A DNA stretch of 64,000 bases from Octopus bimaculoides (taxonomy: Eukaryota), in assembly GCF_001194135.2 (NCBI RefSeq), contig NC_069004.1:25981277-26045276 (forward strand), written 5' to 3'. The notes beneath the pieces are model-generated. The model worked only from the letters and a program-made list of their open reading frames with translations, made no database searches and had not been told where the DNA came from. Position 1 is the stretch's first letter, and each line of letters begins with the position of its first letter. A program made the translations under genes and the position numbers. This document shows positions 51,450-64,000 of this stretch, piece after piece.

Positions 51450-51670
51450 GGTGGTGAGCTGGCGGAATCGTTAGCACTCCGGGCGAAATGCTTAGCGGTA
51501 TTTCATCTGCCGTTATGTTCTGAGTTCAAATTCCGCCGAGGTCAACTTTGTCTTTCATCCTTTCGGGGTCGATAAATTAAGTACCAGTTATGCACTGGGG
51601 TCGATGTAATCGACTTAATCCCTTTGTCTGTCCTTGTTTGTCCCCTCTATGTTTAGCCCCTTGTGGGCAG
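51450..51670 (+). mobile_element. tRNA-derived SINE family B, representative
   Basis: GGTGAGCTGGCGGAATCGTTAGC...GAGTTCAAATTCC (B box). Copies at 4463-4690+, 11170-11395-, 20290-20470-, 29190-29520-, 30620-31040-, 39290-39478+, 44875-45280+, 60860-61300+ and 62770-62995-. Confidence 0.85.
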
Positions 51671-51966
51671 TAAAAAGAAGAAAAAAAATAAGAGAGATGA
51701 AATGTTTTTAATCATGTTTGATCAAGATTGATCTGGACAGACACACATGCATACACTCAGACACATATATGCATACACACGCACACATACACACACATAT
51801 ACACGCACACACTCAGACACACACACACACACACACATGCACAAACATACACTCAGACACATATGCACACATACATACACACATACTTAGACACATGCAT
51901 ACACACATCTGGACATCCATACACATACATACATACAAGCATGCACACACACACTGCAAACCTTAC

Positions 51967-52213
51967 CTGTGTCAGTGAAAAAAGGTGCACCAAGTTCATT
52001 AGCAGACGCAGTATGGTTCTGACCGGCTGTCTTTTGACACCCACGATTCTTGGGAAAGCTGATCTTTGGAAAAGATTGGTTGTTTTCAAAGGATTCATTG
52101 CTGCTGCAGCTGTTGTACCTGCACCCAGCAAGTTCCGCAGCTGCATGTAAATCATAATGATCCTGACAAAGGAACTGGTCAGTCTTAGGTCGGCCGGAGG
52201 AGACTGCGGTTTC
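51967..52213 (-). CDS. Probable upstream exon, 5' part lost in gap (ETAVSSGRPK...NESFENNQSFPKISFPKNRG...APFFTDT)
   Basis: 82 open codons of unique sequence ending at a strong donor ACAG|gtaagg. Ends in phase 1, compatible with the 26749 acceptor. A second frame is also open, so frame and assignment to PASK are uncertain. Confidence 0.5.
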
Positions 52214-53315
52214 NNNNNNNNNNNNNNNNNNNNNNNNNNNNNNNNNNNNNNNNNNNNNNNNNNNNNNNNNNNNNNNNNNNNNNNNNNNNNNNNNNNNNNN
52301 NNNNNNNNNNNNNNNNNNNNNNNNNNNNNNNNNNNNNNNNNNNNNNNNNNNNNNNNNNNNNNNNNNNNNNNNNNNNNNNNNNNNNNNNNNNNNNNNNNNN
52401 NNNNNNNNNNNNNNNNNNNNNNNNNNNNNNNNNNNNNNNNNNNNNNNNNNNNNNNNNNNNNNNNNNNNNNNNNNNNNNNNNNNNNNNNNNNNNNNNNNNN
52501 NNNNNNNNNNNNNNNNNNNNNNNNNNNNNNNNNNNNNNNNNNNNNNNNNNNNNNNNNNNNNNNNNNNNNNNNNNNNNNNNNNNNNNNNNNNNNNNNNNNN
52601 NNNNNNNNNNNNNNNNNNNNNNNNNNNNNNNNNNNNNNNNNNNNNNNNNNNNNNNNNNNNNNNNNNNNNNNNNNNNNNNNNNNNNNNNNNNNNNNNNNNN
52701 NNNNNNNNNNNNNNNNNNNNNNNNNNNNNNNNNNNNNNNNNNNNNNNNNNNNNNNNNNNNNNNNNNNNNNNNNNNNNNNNNNNNNNNNNNNNNNNNNNNN
52801 NNNNNNNNNNNNNNNNNNNNNNNNNNNNNNNNNNNNNNNNNNNNNNNNNNNNNNNNNNNNNNNNNNNNNNNNNNNNNNNNNNNNNNNNNNNNNNNNNNNN
52901 NNNNNNNNNNNNNNNNNNNNNNNNNNNNNNNNNNNNNNNNNNNNNNNNNNNNNNNNNNNNNNNNNNNNNNNNNNNNNNNNNNNNNNNNNNNNNNNNNNNN
53001 NNNNNNNNNNNNNNNNNNNNNNNNNNNNNNTGAGAGAGTTGAGTGAAGGAGTCAATGAGTGAGAGAATCAGAGAGAGAAAGAGTGAATAAGTGATTCAGT
53101 TAGAGAGAGAGAGAGAGAGAGAGAGTTGAGTGAAGGAGTCAATGAGTGAGAGAATCAGAGAGAGAAAGAGTCAGTTGGAGTGAAAAACAGAAAGTGTAAG
53201 GAAGGAAGGAAGGAAGAGAAAGAAAGAGTCAGTATGAGTGAAAGATAGAAAGTGCAAAGAAGGTAGGAAGAGAGAGAGAGAGAGAGTTGAGAGTGAAGGA
53301 GTTAATGAGTGAGCG

Positions 53316-53356
<41 letters not shown>

Positions 53357-53389
53357 GAGAGAGAAAGAGAGCATCATTGATCAAAGTAT

Positions 53390-53980
53390 AACCCCTCTTG
53401 AACATGATCTTCTATTCAAACTGTTTGAAAGATTTTGAAGCCGGGCTATAACAAAGCCACTGCTTTCTCTCATTAGGATTATGGAAATAGATCCATTTTT
53501 CATCCCCAGTTACAAGTCAATGCCAAAAAATGGGCATCTCGAGGATTTGTTAGCAGTTGTTTGCAAATGGTCACACATTGTTAAGCTTAGACATTGGTCA
53601 GGTCATGAGAATTTCTCAAGTGTCTGTTCACAAATCTGAGCTTATGGAGATACCAATTGTAGAGAACAAGTTCTGCCAACAATGTACAAGTGCTTGGATG
53701 TTGTTTAACCATTTCTAAAAAGGCCACCTTATTTTCTACAACAGGTCACCCTAACTTTGGTTTATCTTTGAGGCTGGTGTTGACTTCCTTGAAACATCTG
53801 AACTAGGTTTGTACCCAAACTTCATTGACAGTTTCTGGGGCCTTGCATATTATTATTTTTTTTTTTCGCCATTGTCTTTTTACTCGGTCCTTTTTTTACA
53901 CTGGTGTAAAATGGACTAATTGCAATTTTCCCACCTCTCAATATCTAAGATGTAAAATAAAGAATAAACAATGTTTATAA
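53390..53980 (-). mobile_element. Mariner transposon remnant
   Basis: Minus strand gives LVTGDEKWIYFHNPNERKQW (first catalytic Asp region), with stops and frameshifts. Confidence 0.75.
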
Positions 53981-56690
53981 GTTGTATATTCTTTCTTTCT
54001 TTATTCCTTTATTCCTTTATTTGTTTCAGTCATTTGACTGCGGCCATGCTGGAGCACCACCTTTAGTTGAATCAAATCGACCCCGGGACTTCTTCTTTGT
54101 AAGCCTAGTACTTATCCTATCGGTCTCTTTGGCCGAACCCCTAAGTTACGGGGACCTAAACACACCAGCATCGGTTGTCAAGCGATGTTGGGTGGGACAA
54201 ACACAGATACATAACATATACACACACATACATATATATATACACATATACGACGGGCTTCTTTCAGTTTCCATCTACCAAATCTACTCACAAGGCTTTG
54301 GTCAGCCCGAGGCTATAGAAGAAGACACTTGCCCAAGGTGCCACGCAGTGGGACTGAACCCAAAACCATGTGGTTGGTAAGCAAGCTACTTACCACACAG
54401 CCACTCCTATGCCTATGAAAATAAAGACTAAATGATTCAGCAATGATTGAACAGATTGCATCAAATTAATGATATAATATGGAGATACATGTTGACAAAA
54501 CAGATCAGTGAAAATCCCCCAAAACTTTCGAATCTACCTGGTATGTATGTAGCTTCATGTTTGTGCGCACCACCCTTAAAAACAAGTGTTGTTTATGCTA
54601 TACCCTTCATACTTCACAACTTAATTCAGGGAGAGATAAGAGAAATACTAGGCTGAAGTATATAACAGGGTTAATATGGGTGACTATGATTGAATATTAT
54701 TAACTCTTGAATTCCCCCAGCACCCTGTAAGGTCACGTTTGAATGACTGGAGAATGAGAGAATGAAAATGACTCTCCAGTTTTGCTTGCAATGAGAGAGA
54801 GAGAGGGAGAGAGAGAGAGACGGGGAGAGAGTGCATATGTGTGTGTGACTTACCATTTTACCTGTATTTGATTTCCAAGAGTTAATGTAATCACAAGACT
54901 GAGTGATACCTTTTGTAGGCAGTTGGTGGTAATCATAGAATGGAATGCTGGATCTAGGAAGAAAAATCAAAATTAAAACTGTGGAGAAAAAAAAGAAAAA
55001 TTACACATTTTGAATATTTGGTGAAAGATTTCCATTAAACATTTGTTTAGTCTACACATGGCAGATAAATCTTTACTCAAAAAATTCCTTGAATCTGGAA
55101 GCATTTCAGATTTTGGAATCACAATATTTGCATTTGTAGAATGGGATAACTTGGGTATAAGATCCAAGTCTAGGCACGGCATCCATTTCTTCCCCTCTGT
55201 TCACCATTCACTGCATTCACGCCTTCCATCATCTCTATTCATCTCTTACTTTCCTTTCAAACTCTTGCAAACTTACCTAGATACTCATCCTGTTCAATCA
55301 CCATCATTTGATACCATGTTCCATGCTGGCATTGACAGGATCCGACGTGTCCAAAGACTGCATCATGTTCCAGTGTCTGTTTTGACATGGATTTCACAAC
55401 TGGATACTCTTCTTTAAAATGGTTATCTCAGGAAAATCCTTGAGATACCCATTTTTGGTGCCAAATTGCAACTGGGGATAGAAAAAGGATCTAGTTTCGC
55501 AATCTTATCAGTAGCTTCATTCTAACCAGACCTGTTGTCAAACAAGGGCAGTTTGAACAGAAGGTCAGGTCATTTATTAGTTTCAGTCATTTGACTGCGG
55601 CCATACTGGAGCACCGCATTTAATCGGACAAATCAACCCCAGGACTTATTCTTTGTAAGCTTAGTACTTATTCTATAGGTATCTTTTGCCGAACCGCTAA
55701 GTTACGGGGACGTAAACACACCAGCATCGGTTGTCAAGCGACGGTGGGGGGATAAACACAGACACACAAACATATACACAAATATATATACGACGAGCTT
55801 CTTTCAGTTTCCATCTACCAAATCTACCCACAAAGCTTTGGTCAGCCCGAGGCTATAGTAGAAGGCACTTGCCCAAGGTGTCACGATGTGGGACTGAACC
55901 CGGGCCCATGTGGTTGGTAAGCAAGCTACTTACTACACAGCCTATATACTCTTTTACTTGTTTCAGTCATTTGACTGCAGCCATGCTGGAGCATTGCCTT
56001 AAGTCAAAGAAATCGACCCCAGGACTTATTCTTTGTAAGCCTAGTACTTATTCTATCAGTCTCTTTTGCCGAACTGCTAAGTTGCAGGGACGTAAACACA
56101 TCAGCATTCGTTGTCAACCGATGTTGGAGGACAAACACACACACATACATCTATATACGATGGGCTTCTTTCAGTTTCCGTCTACCAAATCCACTCAGAA
56201 GGCTTTGGGTCGGCCTGAGGCAATAGTAGAAGACACTTGCCCAAGGTGCCATTCAGTGGGACTGAACCCGGAACCATGTGGTTGGTAAGCAAGCTACTTA
56301 CTACACAGCCTATATATGTATATCTTTTTCATTTTCGTGTCAGTCATTAGACTGTGACCATTCTGGGCACTGCTTTGAAGAATTTTAGACAAATGAATCA
56401 ACTCCAGTACATTTTTTCTCAACCTGATACTTATACTTTCAGTCTCTTTTTGCCAAATCATTAAATTACAGGGATGTAACCACACCAACACTGGTTAACA
56501 AGCAGAAGCAGGGAACAAACAGATATAAAGACACACACATATATGATAGGCTTCTTTCAATTCCTGTCTACCAAATCCACTCATAAGGCTATAGTAGAAA
56601 ACACTTGCCCAAGGAGCCAGACAGTGGGACTGAACCCAGAGCCATGTGGTCAGGAAGCAAACTTCTTACCACACAGCCACGCCTGCACCG

Positions 56691-56749
<59 letters not shown>

Positions 56750-58200
56750 CATGTACATACATGTACATACACACAAGCAATCATATATACACAAAGATGC
56801 ACAAACATGTTGATACATACACACAGTGCATTGAAGTCAAGATGGTACAATTATGGTTTTCAGGACTTGGCTAACCTGACCAATATGTGTACTCTGTGTG
56901 TGTGTGCGTGTGTGTGTGTGTGTGAGCGCGTGTGCAGGTTGTGTGTGGATCAATGCCAATTGTTTGTTAGATCTATGCCAAATCCTGGCTCAAGCAGAGC
57001 TTAACAGTGAGACAGAGATAATAAATTGATGTTCGTTGCTATTAATGTTTAGTTGAAATTCTGGCAGCAGGTTTTGTGGATAGCTTTGATCAAGAAGCTT
57101 AAAACAGTGACTATCACAAGTTGAAGGTGATAAATATTTAGATTTATCTCTTTACAAATAGGCATACACACACATATAGGATATATACAGAAATATACAC
57201 ACATCACATATATACACATACATATACACTTATATAAACATGCACACTTCACATATATAGACATACATAAACATGCACACATATATATATTCATATACAC
57301 ACATCACCTATGTACACATATACACCTATAAAAATGCACACATACATGTAGATATACATACATACACATATATAAACATGCACACATACACACATATATA
57401 TATACATACTCATACACATGCACACATTATCTACACTGCATACATCATCATCACTATCATTATCAATGTTCATTTCTCATGCTGGTAAGGGTTAGACAGT
57501 TGGACCAGAGCTGGTAAGGCCAGTGGCTGCACCAGGCTCTGTTGTCAGCTCTGGCATGGTTTCTATGGCTGGATGCCCTTCTTAATGCCAATCACTCCAC
57601 AGAGCACTAACACATACACACACGCATTACACACAATACAGCTACAAGACTAGAAAATAGTCACATACATATACACACACAATGAAGGAGACACCACATA
57701 GTTGCTTAACTTGCAAGAAATAGCAGCCAAATTTCTCAAAAATCAACTCTAAGAACATGTCAGATAAAGTGGCTCGAGACAATGCCTGAGAAGAAAAATG
57801 TTGGGATGGTCACAATTGGAATGATTTGAATGTCTACGTTATAGGACTGCTTGATCAGAATTGATCTGAGTTTTAAGCAACCACAACAATAATACACACA
57901 CATTACAAATATGCTACACATTACACACAAATGCACATTATATATATATATTAGCGCAGGCCTGTTATATATATCTCTCTCTTTTACTGGTTTCAGTCAT
58001 TTGACTGCGGCCATGCTGGAGCACCACCTTTAGTCGAGCAAATCGACCCCGGGACTTATTCTTTGTAAGCCTAGTACTTATTCTATTGGTCTCTCTTTCC
58101 GAACTACTAAGTGACGGGGACATAAATACACCAGCATCAGTTGTCAAGCAATGCTAGGGGGACAAACACAGACACACACACATATATATATATATATATG

Positions 58201-58249
<49 letters not shown>

Positions 58250-59399
58250 NNNNNNNNNNNNNNNNNNNNNNNNNNNNNNNNNNNNNNNNNNNNNNNNNNN
58301 NNNNNNNNNNNNNNNNNNNNNNNNNNNNNNNNNNNNNNNNNNNNNNNNNNNNNNNNNNNNNNNNNNNNNNNNNNNNNNNNNNNNNNNNNNNNNNNNNNNN
58401 NNNNNNNNNNNNNNNNNNNNNNNNNNNNNNNNNNNNNNNNNNNNNNNNNNNNNNNNNNNNNNNNNNNNNNNNNNNNNNNNNNNNNNNNNNNNNNNNNNNN
58501 NNNNNNNNNNNNNNNNNNNNNNNNNNNNNNNNNNNNNNNNNNNNNNNNNNNNNNNNNNNNNNNNNNNNNNNNNNNNNNNNNNNNNNNNNNNNNNNNNNNN
58601 NNNNNNNNNNNNNNNNNNATATATATATATATATATATATACACTCTTGGAGTGGTTGGCGTTAGGAAGGGCATCCAGCTGTAGAAACTCTACCAGATCA
58701 GATTGGAGCCTGGTGCAGCCATCTGGTTCACCAGTCCTCAGTCAAACCGTCTAACCCATGCTAGCATGGAAAGCGGACGTTAAGCGACAATGATGATATA
58801 TATATATATATATAAAAGAAAAAATGGGATTAAAAACCATGCCATATAAAAAGCACTGAGTCCACTCTGCAGAATGGTTGGTGTTAAGGAAGGGAATCTG
58901 GCCGTAAAAACCCTGCCAAAACAGACACAGTAGCCTGGGGTAGTCTTCTACCTGGCCAGCTTCTGTCAACTGTCCTACCCATGCATGCATGGAAGATGGA
59001 CGTTAAATGATGATGATGATGATGATGATGATGAAATATATATACACATATGTATATGTGCGTCTGTATCACATACATAAACATATACACACATAACTGG
59101 CATTCCATCAATTATGATGACGAGGGTTCCAGTTGATCCAATCAATGGAAGAGATTGCTTGTGAAATTTAACGTGCAAGTGGCTGAGCACCCCACAGACA
59201 CACATACACTTAATGATTCAGTGTGACAGATAATGTGACAAGGCTGGCCCTTTGATTTACAGGTACATCTCATTTTCACCAGCTGACTGGATCAGCATAA
59301 AATAAAGTGTCTCATTCAAGGACTCAATGTGTCAACAGAATCCCACCTACACACACAATAATTTACATCTGTTTTTCTATACTAGCCATGGTCTTATCC

Positions 59400-59660
59400 A
59401 GCAGAGAACATTAAACATTTGTTGCCATCTCTTGTCTTCATGTAATGTTCAATACCATGAGATCAGAGCTCACTACATTTTCCAGCATCTTCCATGAGTC
59501 TTTCTCTCCAACAACAGATTCCTTCCAGTTGGATCAATTAGCTCTTCGTTACCCAGCTCCCTATTCCCCCATACACGTTACATGACCATACCAGTGCAAT
59601 TTTTCCCTCTTGCACCCTAACATCTAATTTTTCTTCTACCTAATTGTCTCCCATCTCTTT
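59400..59660 (-). mobile_element. Older decayed RTE LINE ORF2 fragment
   Basis: Minus strand gives ...EKLDV..VQEGKLHWYGHVTCM..., with frameshifts. Confidence 0.65.
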
Positions 59661-59938
59661 TTTTTTTTCCAGTTCGGGTAGCCATGTATCTTCTTTACAG
59701 CAAGACACCTGTTCCTGTCACACTATCAGATTTTTACTGTTCCAACTGATTCTCACACACACACACATACATGTAGTAAAGATTATAAGATACAGAAATA
59801 AATTTATTTCTCAAACGCATGATAATGCTATAAATAGCGTGATCAGGATAAATTATCCATACATTGCAGAAAAATAATGTGGCAGTCCTGGTTGGGATGA
59901 ATGTTACTGTTATTTAGCCCCAAGAAACATTGTCTATA

Positions 59939-60066
59939 CAGGGTGTCCACAAAGTCTGGGTACATGGGGGATTAACACATACGTTAAGAAATTATTATTT
60001 CTTTTATTTAATTGTTTATGTTATGATTTTATTTACTCCATGTACCCAGACCTTGTGGACACCCTG
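59939..60066. mobile_element. Tc1/mariner-type MITE, 128 bp
   Basis: 29-bp TIR CAGGGTGTCCACAAAGTCTGGGTACATGG with one mismatch; TA on both sides. Confidence 0.9.
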
Positions 60067-60218
60067 TATATACATATATAAGAAGAATTTAACCATCACT
60101 AAGTGTCACTAAGGGAACCAAAGCACCTACATTGTTAGAAATAAGAGTTTTAAAAAATCTCTTAATGTGGTAAGAAGAGCAATATATATACACTGACAGG
60201 AGAGGTAACCACCCTATG

Positions 60219-60295
60219 ACCATTTCTAGAATCACCAGACTAGGCCTAGTTTCACCTATTCCTTAGGCATCATCAGTAGTGGCTGCTCAAATGGT
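60219..60295 (-). ncRNA. Type I hammerhead ribozyme (Penelope/retrozyme-like), core intact
   Basis: CACUA-CUGAUGA-U-GCCUA(AGGAA)UAGGU-GAA-ACUAGGCCUAGU-C/UGGUG, with a distal helix ACCAUUU:AAAUGGU. Predicted GUC cleavage between 60238 and 60237. Confidence 0.8.
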
Positions 60296-61346
60296 TGATG
60301 GTTTGGTTAAATCCGTCTGCCAGTATATTTTTACCAAAACAATTTATGGCTGATTTAGCAAAATGCTAATGCATATACTAAAAATTAATATAAACAACTA
60401 GGCATGATGTAATACTATAAAGCTGGTTTGAACAGGTAGAATAATTTTGGCCTGAAATGGTCAGTTTAAATGCTAAAGGATGAAGCTTTAAGAAATTTTA
60501 TATTGCCATGAGACAAAAGGTTACAAAAAAAAAAATGCCGATAAATTGTAATGCTGTTCAATGCTGATTCGGAAATACATATGCACAGATGAACAAGCAC
60601 AGATACACTCAGCCACACCTAGACACATGTTTAGAATGAATAGAAAACATTAACATTCCAGAAGAAACATTTTTCAGAAGTTTCATACAAGGAGAATGTG
60701 GGAACCCAAGTGAGATTGTTATCTTTATAAATGAGTGACACCATTCTTAAGTGAAGTAATTTAGCTGGCGGTAGAGTTGGGTTGGGGCTGTCTGTGTTTT
60801 TGTTATTACTGTTATTATTATTATTATTACTATTATTATTATTATTATTATTATTATTAAGGTGGTGAGCTAGGAGAATGGCAAAATGTTTTGCAGCATT
60901 CCACTCGTCTTTACATTCTGAGTTCAAATTCTGCCAAAGTCGTCTTTGCCTTTCAGGGTCGATAAATTAAGTACCAGTGAAACACTGGGGTCAATGTAAT
61001 TGACTAATCCCCTCCCCACAAAATTCCAGGCCTTGTGCCTATAGTAGAAAAGCTTATTATTATTATTATTATTATTATTATGAAGGCAGTGAGCTGGCAG
61101 AATCATTAGCACACTGGGCAAAATGCTTAGAAGCATTTCATCTGTCGTTACGTTCTGAGTTCAAATTCCGTTGTGTCTGACTTTGCCTTTCATCCTTTCA
61201 GGGTCAATAAATAATTAAGTACCAGCTAAGTAATGGGGTTGATGTAATCGACTTGCACCCTCCCCCAAAATTCAGGCCTCGTGTCTAGAGCAGAAAAGAT
61301 TATAATAATCATCATCATCATTATTGAGCGAGAGAACAGCACATAA

Positions 61347-61379
<33 letters not shown>

Positions 61380-61412
61380 CATAGTGGCATTTTATCAGTC
61401 TTTACATTCTGA

Positions 61413-61740
61413 AGGCGCATGGCTCAGAGCATCAAGCTTACAATCGTGAGGTTGTGAGTTCGAATCCCGGACCGGGCTGCGTGTTGTGTTCTTGAGCAAG
61501 ACACTTTATTTCATGTTGCTCCAGTTCACTCAGACTGTAGAAATGAGTTGCGACGTCACTGGTGCCAAGGTGTATTAGCCTTTGCCTTTCCCTTGGATAA
61601 CACTGGTGGCGTGGAGAGGAGAGGCTGGTATGCATGGGTGACCACTGGTCTTCCATAAACAACCTTGTCTGGACTTGTGCTTTGGAGGGTAACTTTCTAG
61701 GTGCAATCCCATGGTCAGTCATGACCGAAGGGGGGGGTCT
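61413..61740 (+). mobile_element. tRNA-derived SINE family D
   Basis: B box GAGTTCGAATCCC; tail GGGTAACTTTCTAGGTGCAATCCCATGGTC recurs at about 49055-49120. Confidence 0.65.
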
Positions 61741-64000
61741 CAGCAACATTCTGAGTCCAAATTTCGTCAAGGTCAACTTTGTTTTAAGGTGACAAAATGG
61801 CGGAACTGTTAGCATGCTGGGCAAAATACTAAGTGGCATTTTGTCTGTCTTATGTTCTGAATTCAAATTCAATTGAGGTCAACTGTATGCAGATGACCTT
61901 GTTCTAATGAGATAGGGTTTTGGTTTTACTTGACTCAACAAGTCTTCTCAAGCATATATCGCCTGATGCATCAAGGGTACTTTTAAATGGGTTGGACATG
62001 CAACACTGGTATCGGCCATAACTGCGATCTCACTTTAGTTGCTGGGTCTTCTCAATCACAGCATATCTCCAATGGTCTTGGTCTCTTGCCATTGCCTGTG
62101 AAGCTCACTCCTCTGAAATTACTGGCCTTATGCCAAAATTTGAAATCATCATTATTATTACTGAGTGAGAAAGCAATGCACACCATTATTATTATTGTTA
62201 TTATCATAGTGGTATTTCGTCCGTCTTTACATCTTGAATTCAAATTCCGCCGAGGTTGACTTGGCCTTTCATCTTTTTTGGATTGATAAAATAAGTACTA
62301 GTCTTTCCGCCGCCTACTCGTCGCTCTGAATTCGACTTCCGTGTCTCCCCAAATTGCTGGCCTTGTGTCAAAAATTATTATTATTATTACTATTATTATT
62401 ATTAGGTGGCACGTAAAATGCACCATTTTGAGAGTGGCCATTGCCAGTACCACCTGACTGGCCTTTGTGCCGGTAGCACGTAAAAGCACCCACTATATTC
62501 TTGGAGTGGTTGGCGTTATGAAGGGCATCCAGCTGTAGAAACTCTGCCAAATCAGATTGAAGCCTGGTGTAGCCATCTGGTTTCACCAGTCCTCAGTCAA
62601 ATCGTCCAACCCATGCTAGCATGGAAAGCAGACGTCAAATGATTATTATTAGTATTATTATTAAGGCAGTGAGCTGGTAAAATTGTTAGCACTCCGGATG
62701 AAATGCTTAGCATTATTTCCCTTAAAATTGCTGCCCCTGTGGCAAAATTTGAAACCATTATCATTATTAATAATAACAATCCTGTCTACTATAGGCACAA
62801 GGCCTGAAATTTGGGGGGAAAGGAGGCCAGTCGATTAGATTGACTCCAGTACAAAACTGGTACTTAATTTATCGATCTCAAAAGGATGAAAGGCAAAGTT
62901 GACCTCGGCGGAATTTGAACTCAGAACGTAGCGACAGGCGAAATACCATTAAGCATTTCACCCAGCGTGCAACTGATTCTGCCAGCTCACGGCCTTATTA
63001 ATTAATAATAATGAGGCAATGATCACCATACACAGTAACACCCAGTAAATTTTACAGCTGACTTCATTAATTTATGGCTGTCATCGTTAACAATTAATTA
63101 TCCATCCATAGTGTTACCATGACTACAATATTACATCACAGCTGTTATCATGACATTATTTCCTCTTTTTCTCTCTCACATACACACACACAAAAGTCAG
63201 GCAGACAGTTGTCTGCTTAACCAAGAAATGGTAACAGTCTACTAAGGAAACGATCGCTTATGTGAGGTGTACTTAAATAATGGCAGTAACGGTATAGCTG
63301 AATACACACACACATCTGTACACAAAGACAGACACACTTGTACGCATTTATACACACACATATACTCTCTTACTCTTACTCTTTTACTCGTTTCAGTCAT
63401 TTGACTGCAGCCATGCTGGAGCACCGCCTTTAGTCGAGTAAATCGACCCCAGGACTTATTCTTTGTAAGCCTAGTTCTTATTCTATCGGTCTCTTTTTGC
63501 CGAACTGCTAAGTTACAGGGATGTAAACATACCAGCATCGGTTGTCAAGCGATGGTGGGGGGGACAAACAAAGACACACAAACACACATACATATATATA
63601 TATGCATATACATATATACGACAGGCTTCTTTCAGTTTCCGTCTACCAAATCCACTCACAAGGCTTTGGTTGGCCCGAGGCTATAGTAGAAGACGTTTGC
63701 TCAAGGTGCTACGCAGTGAGACTGAACCCAGAACCATGTGGTTGGTAAGCAAGCTATTTACTACACAGCCACTCCTGTGCGTATACTATATAAATAGACA
63801 TATACACACTCCTGTATTCAACTGGCACTCCATTGGTTACGAGGATGATCCAATCAATGGAACAGTCTTTAGAAGTAGTCTTCAATACAGCTGCAATATA
63901 TGAAGACAGTTTCTCTTAATTTAACAGTGGTGCNNNNNNNNNNNNNNNNNNNNNNNNNNNNNNNNNNNNGTGGTGCTCCAGCATGACAGCAGTTTTAAAA

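Noticed and set aside
54973-55182. Minus-strand ORF (DLDLIPKLSH...) as a PASK exon
   Set aside because: No pyrimidine tract at the acceptor and no recognisable PASK similarity; the plus-strand reading has better splice signals.
56971-57110. Plus-strand exon-like pieces LCQILAQAELN and EILAAGFVDSFDQEA*
   Set aside because: They would need a 46-nt intron, and no homology was recognised.

Overview
AT-rich, microsatellite- and SINE-dense animal genomic DNA from a gapped draft assembly (15 N-runs). The repeat families suggest an octopus; this is inference, not verified. The window is mostly introns of a minus-strand PAS-domain Ser/Thr kinase gene (PASK). Six PAS-region exons splice in frame with canonical AG/GT ends (10464-10631, 8421-8561, 6234-6368, 4033-4150, 1040-1200, 136-274). 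Two probable N-terminal exons lie at 26586-26749 and 51967-52213+, and another exon appears to run into the 11602-11918 gap. The kinase domain would lie beyond coordinate 1. The introns contain at least four tRNA-derived SINE families, 3' fragments of RTE and R4/Dong LINEs, mariner remnants, several MITEs, and a decayed triple C2H2 zinc-finger segment. The most notable unannotated signal is a set of Penelope/retrozyme-type hammerhead ribozyme motifs with palindromic helix III; the best copy is 60219-60295 on the minus strand. There is also a CpG-rich promoter-like island inside the gene and a possible antisense gene on the plus strand. No rRNA, genuine tRNA or CRISPR array was seen. Almost all ORFs in the six-frame track are microsatellite, gap or repeat artefacts. 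All coordinates and structures were worked out by eye.
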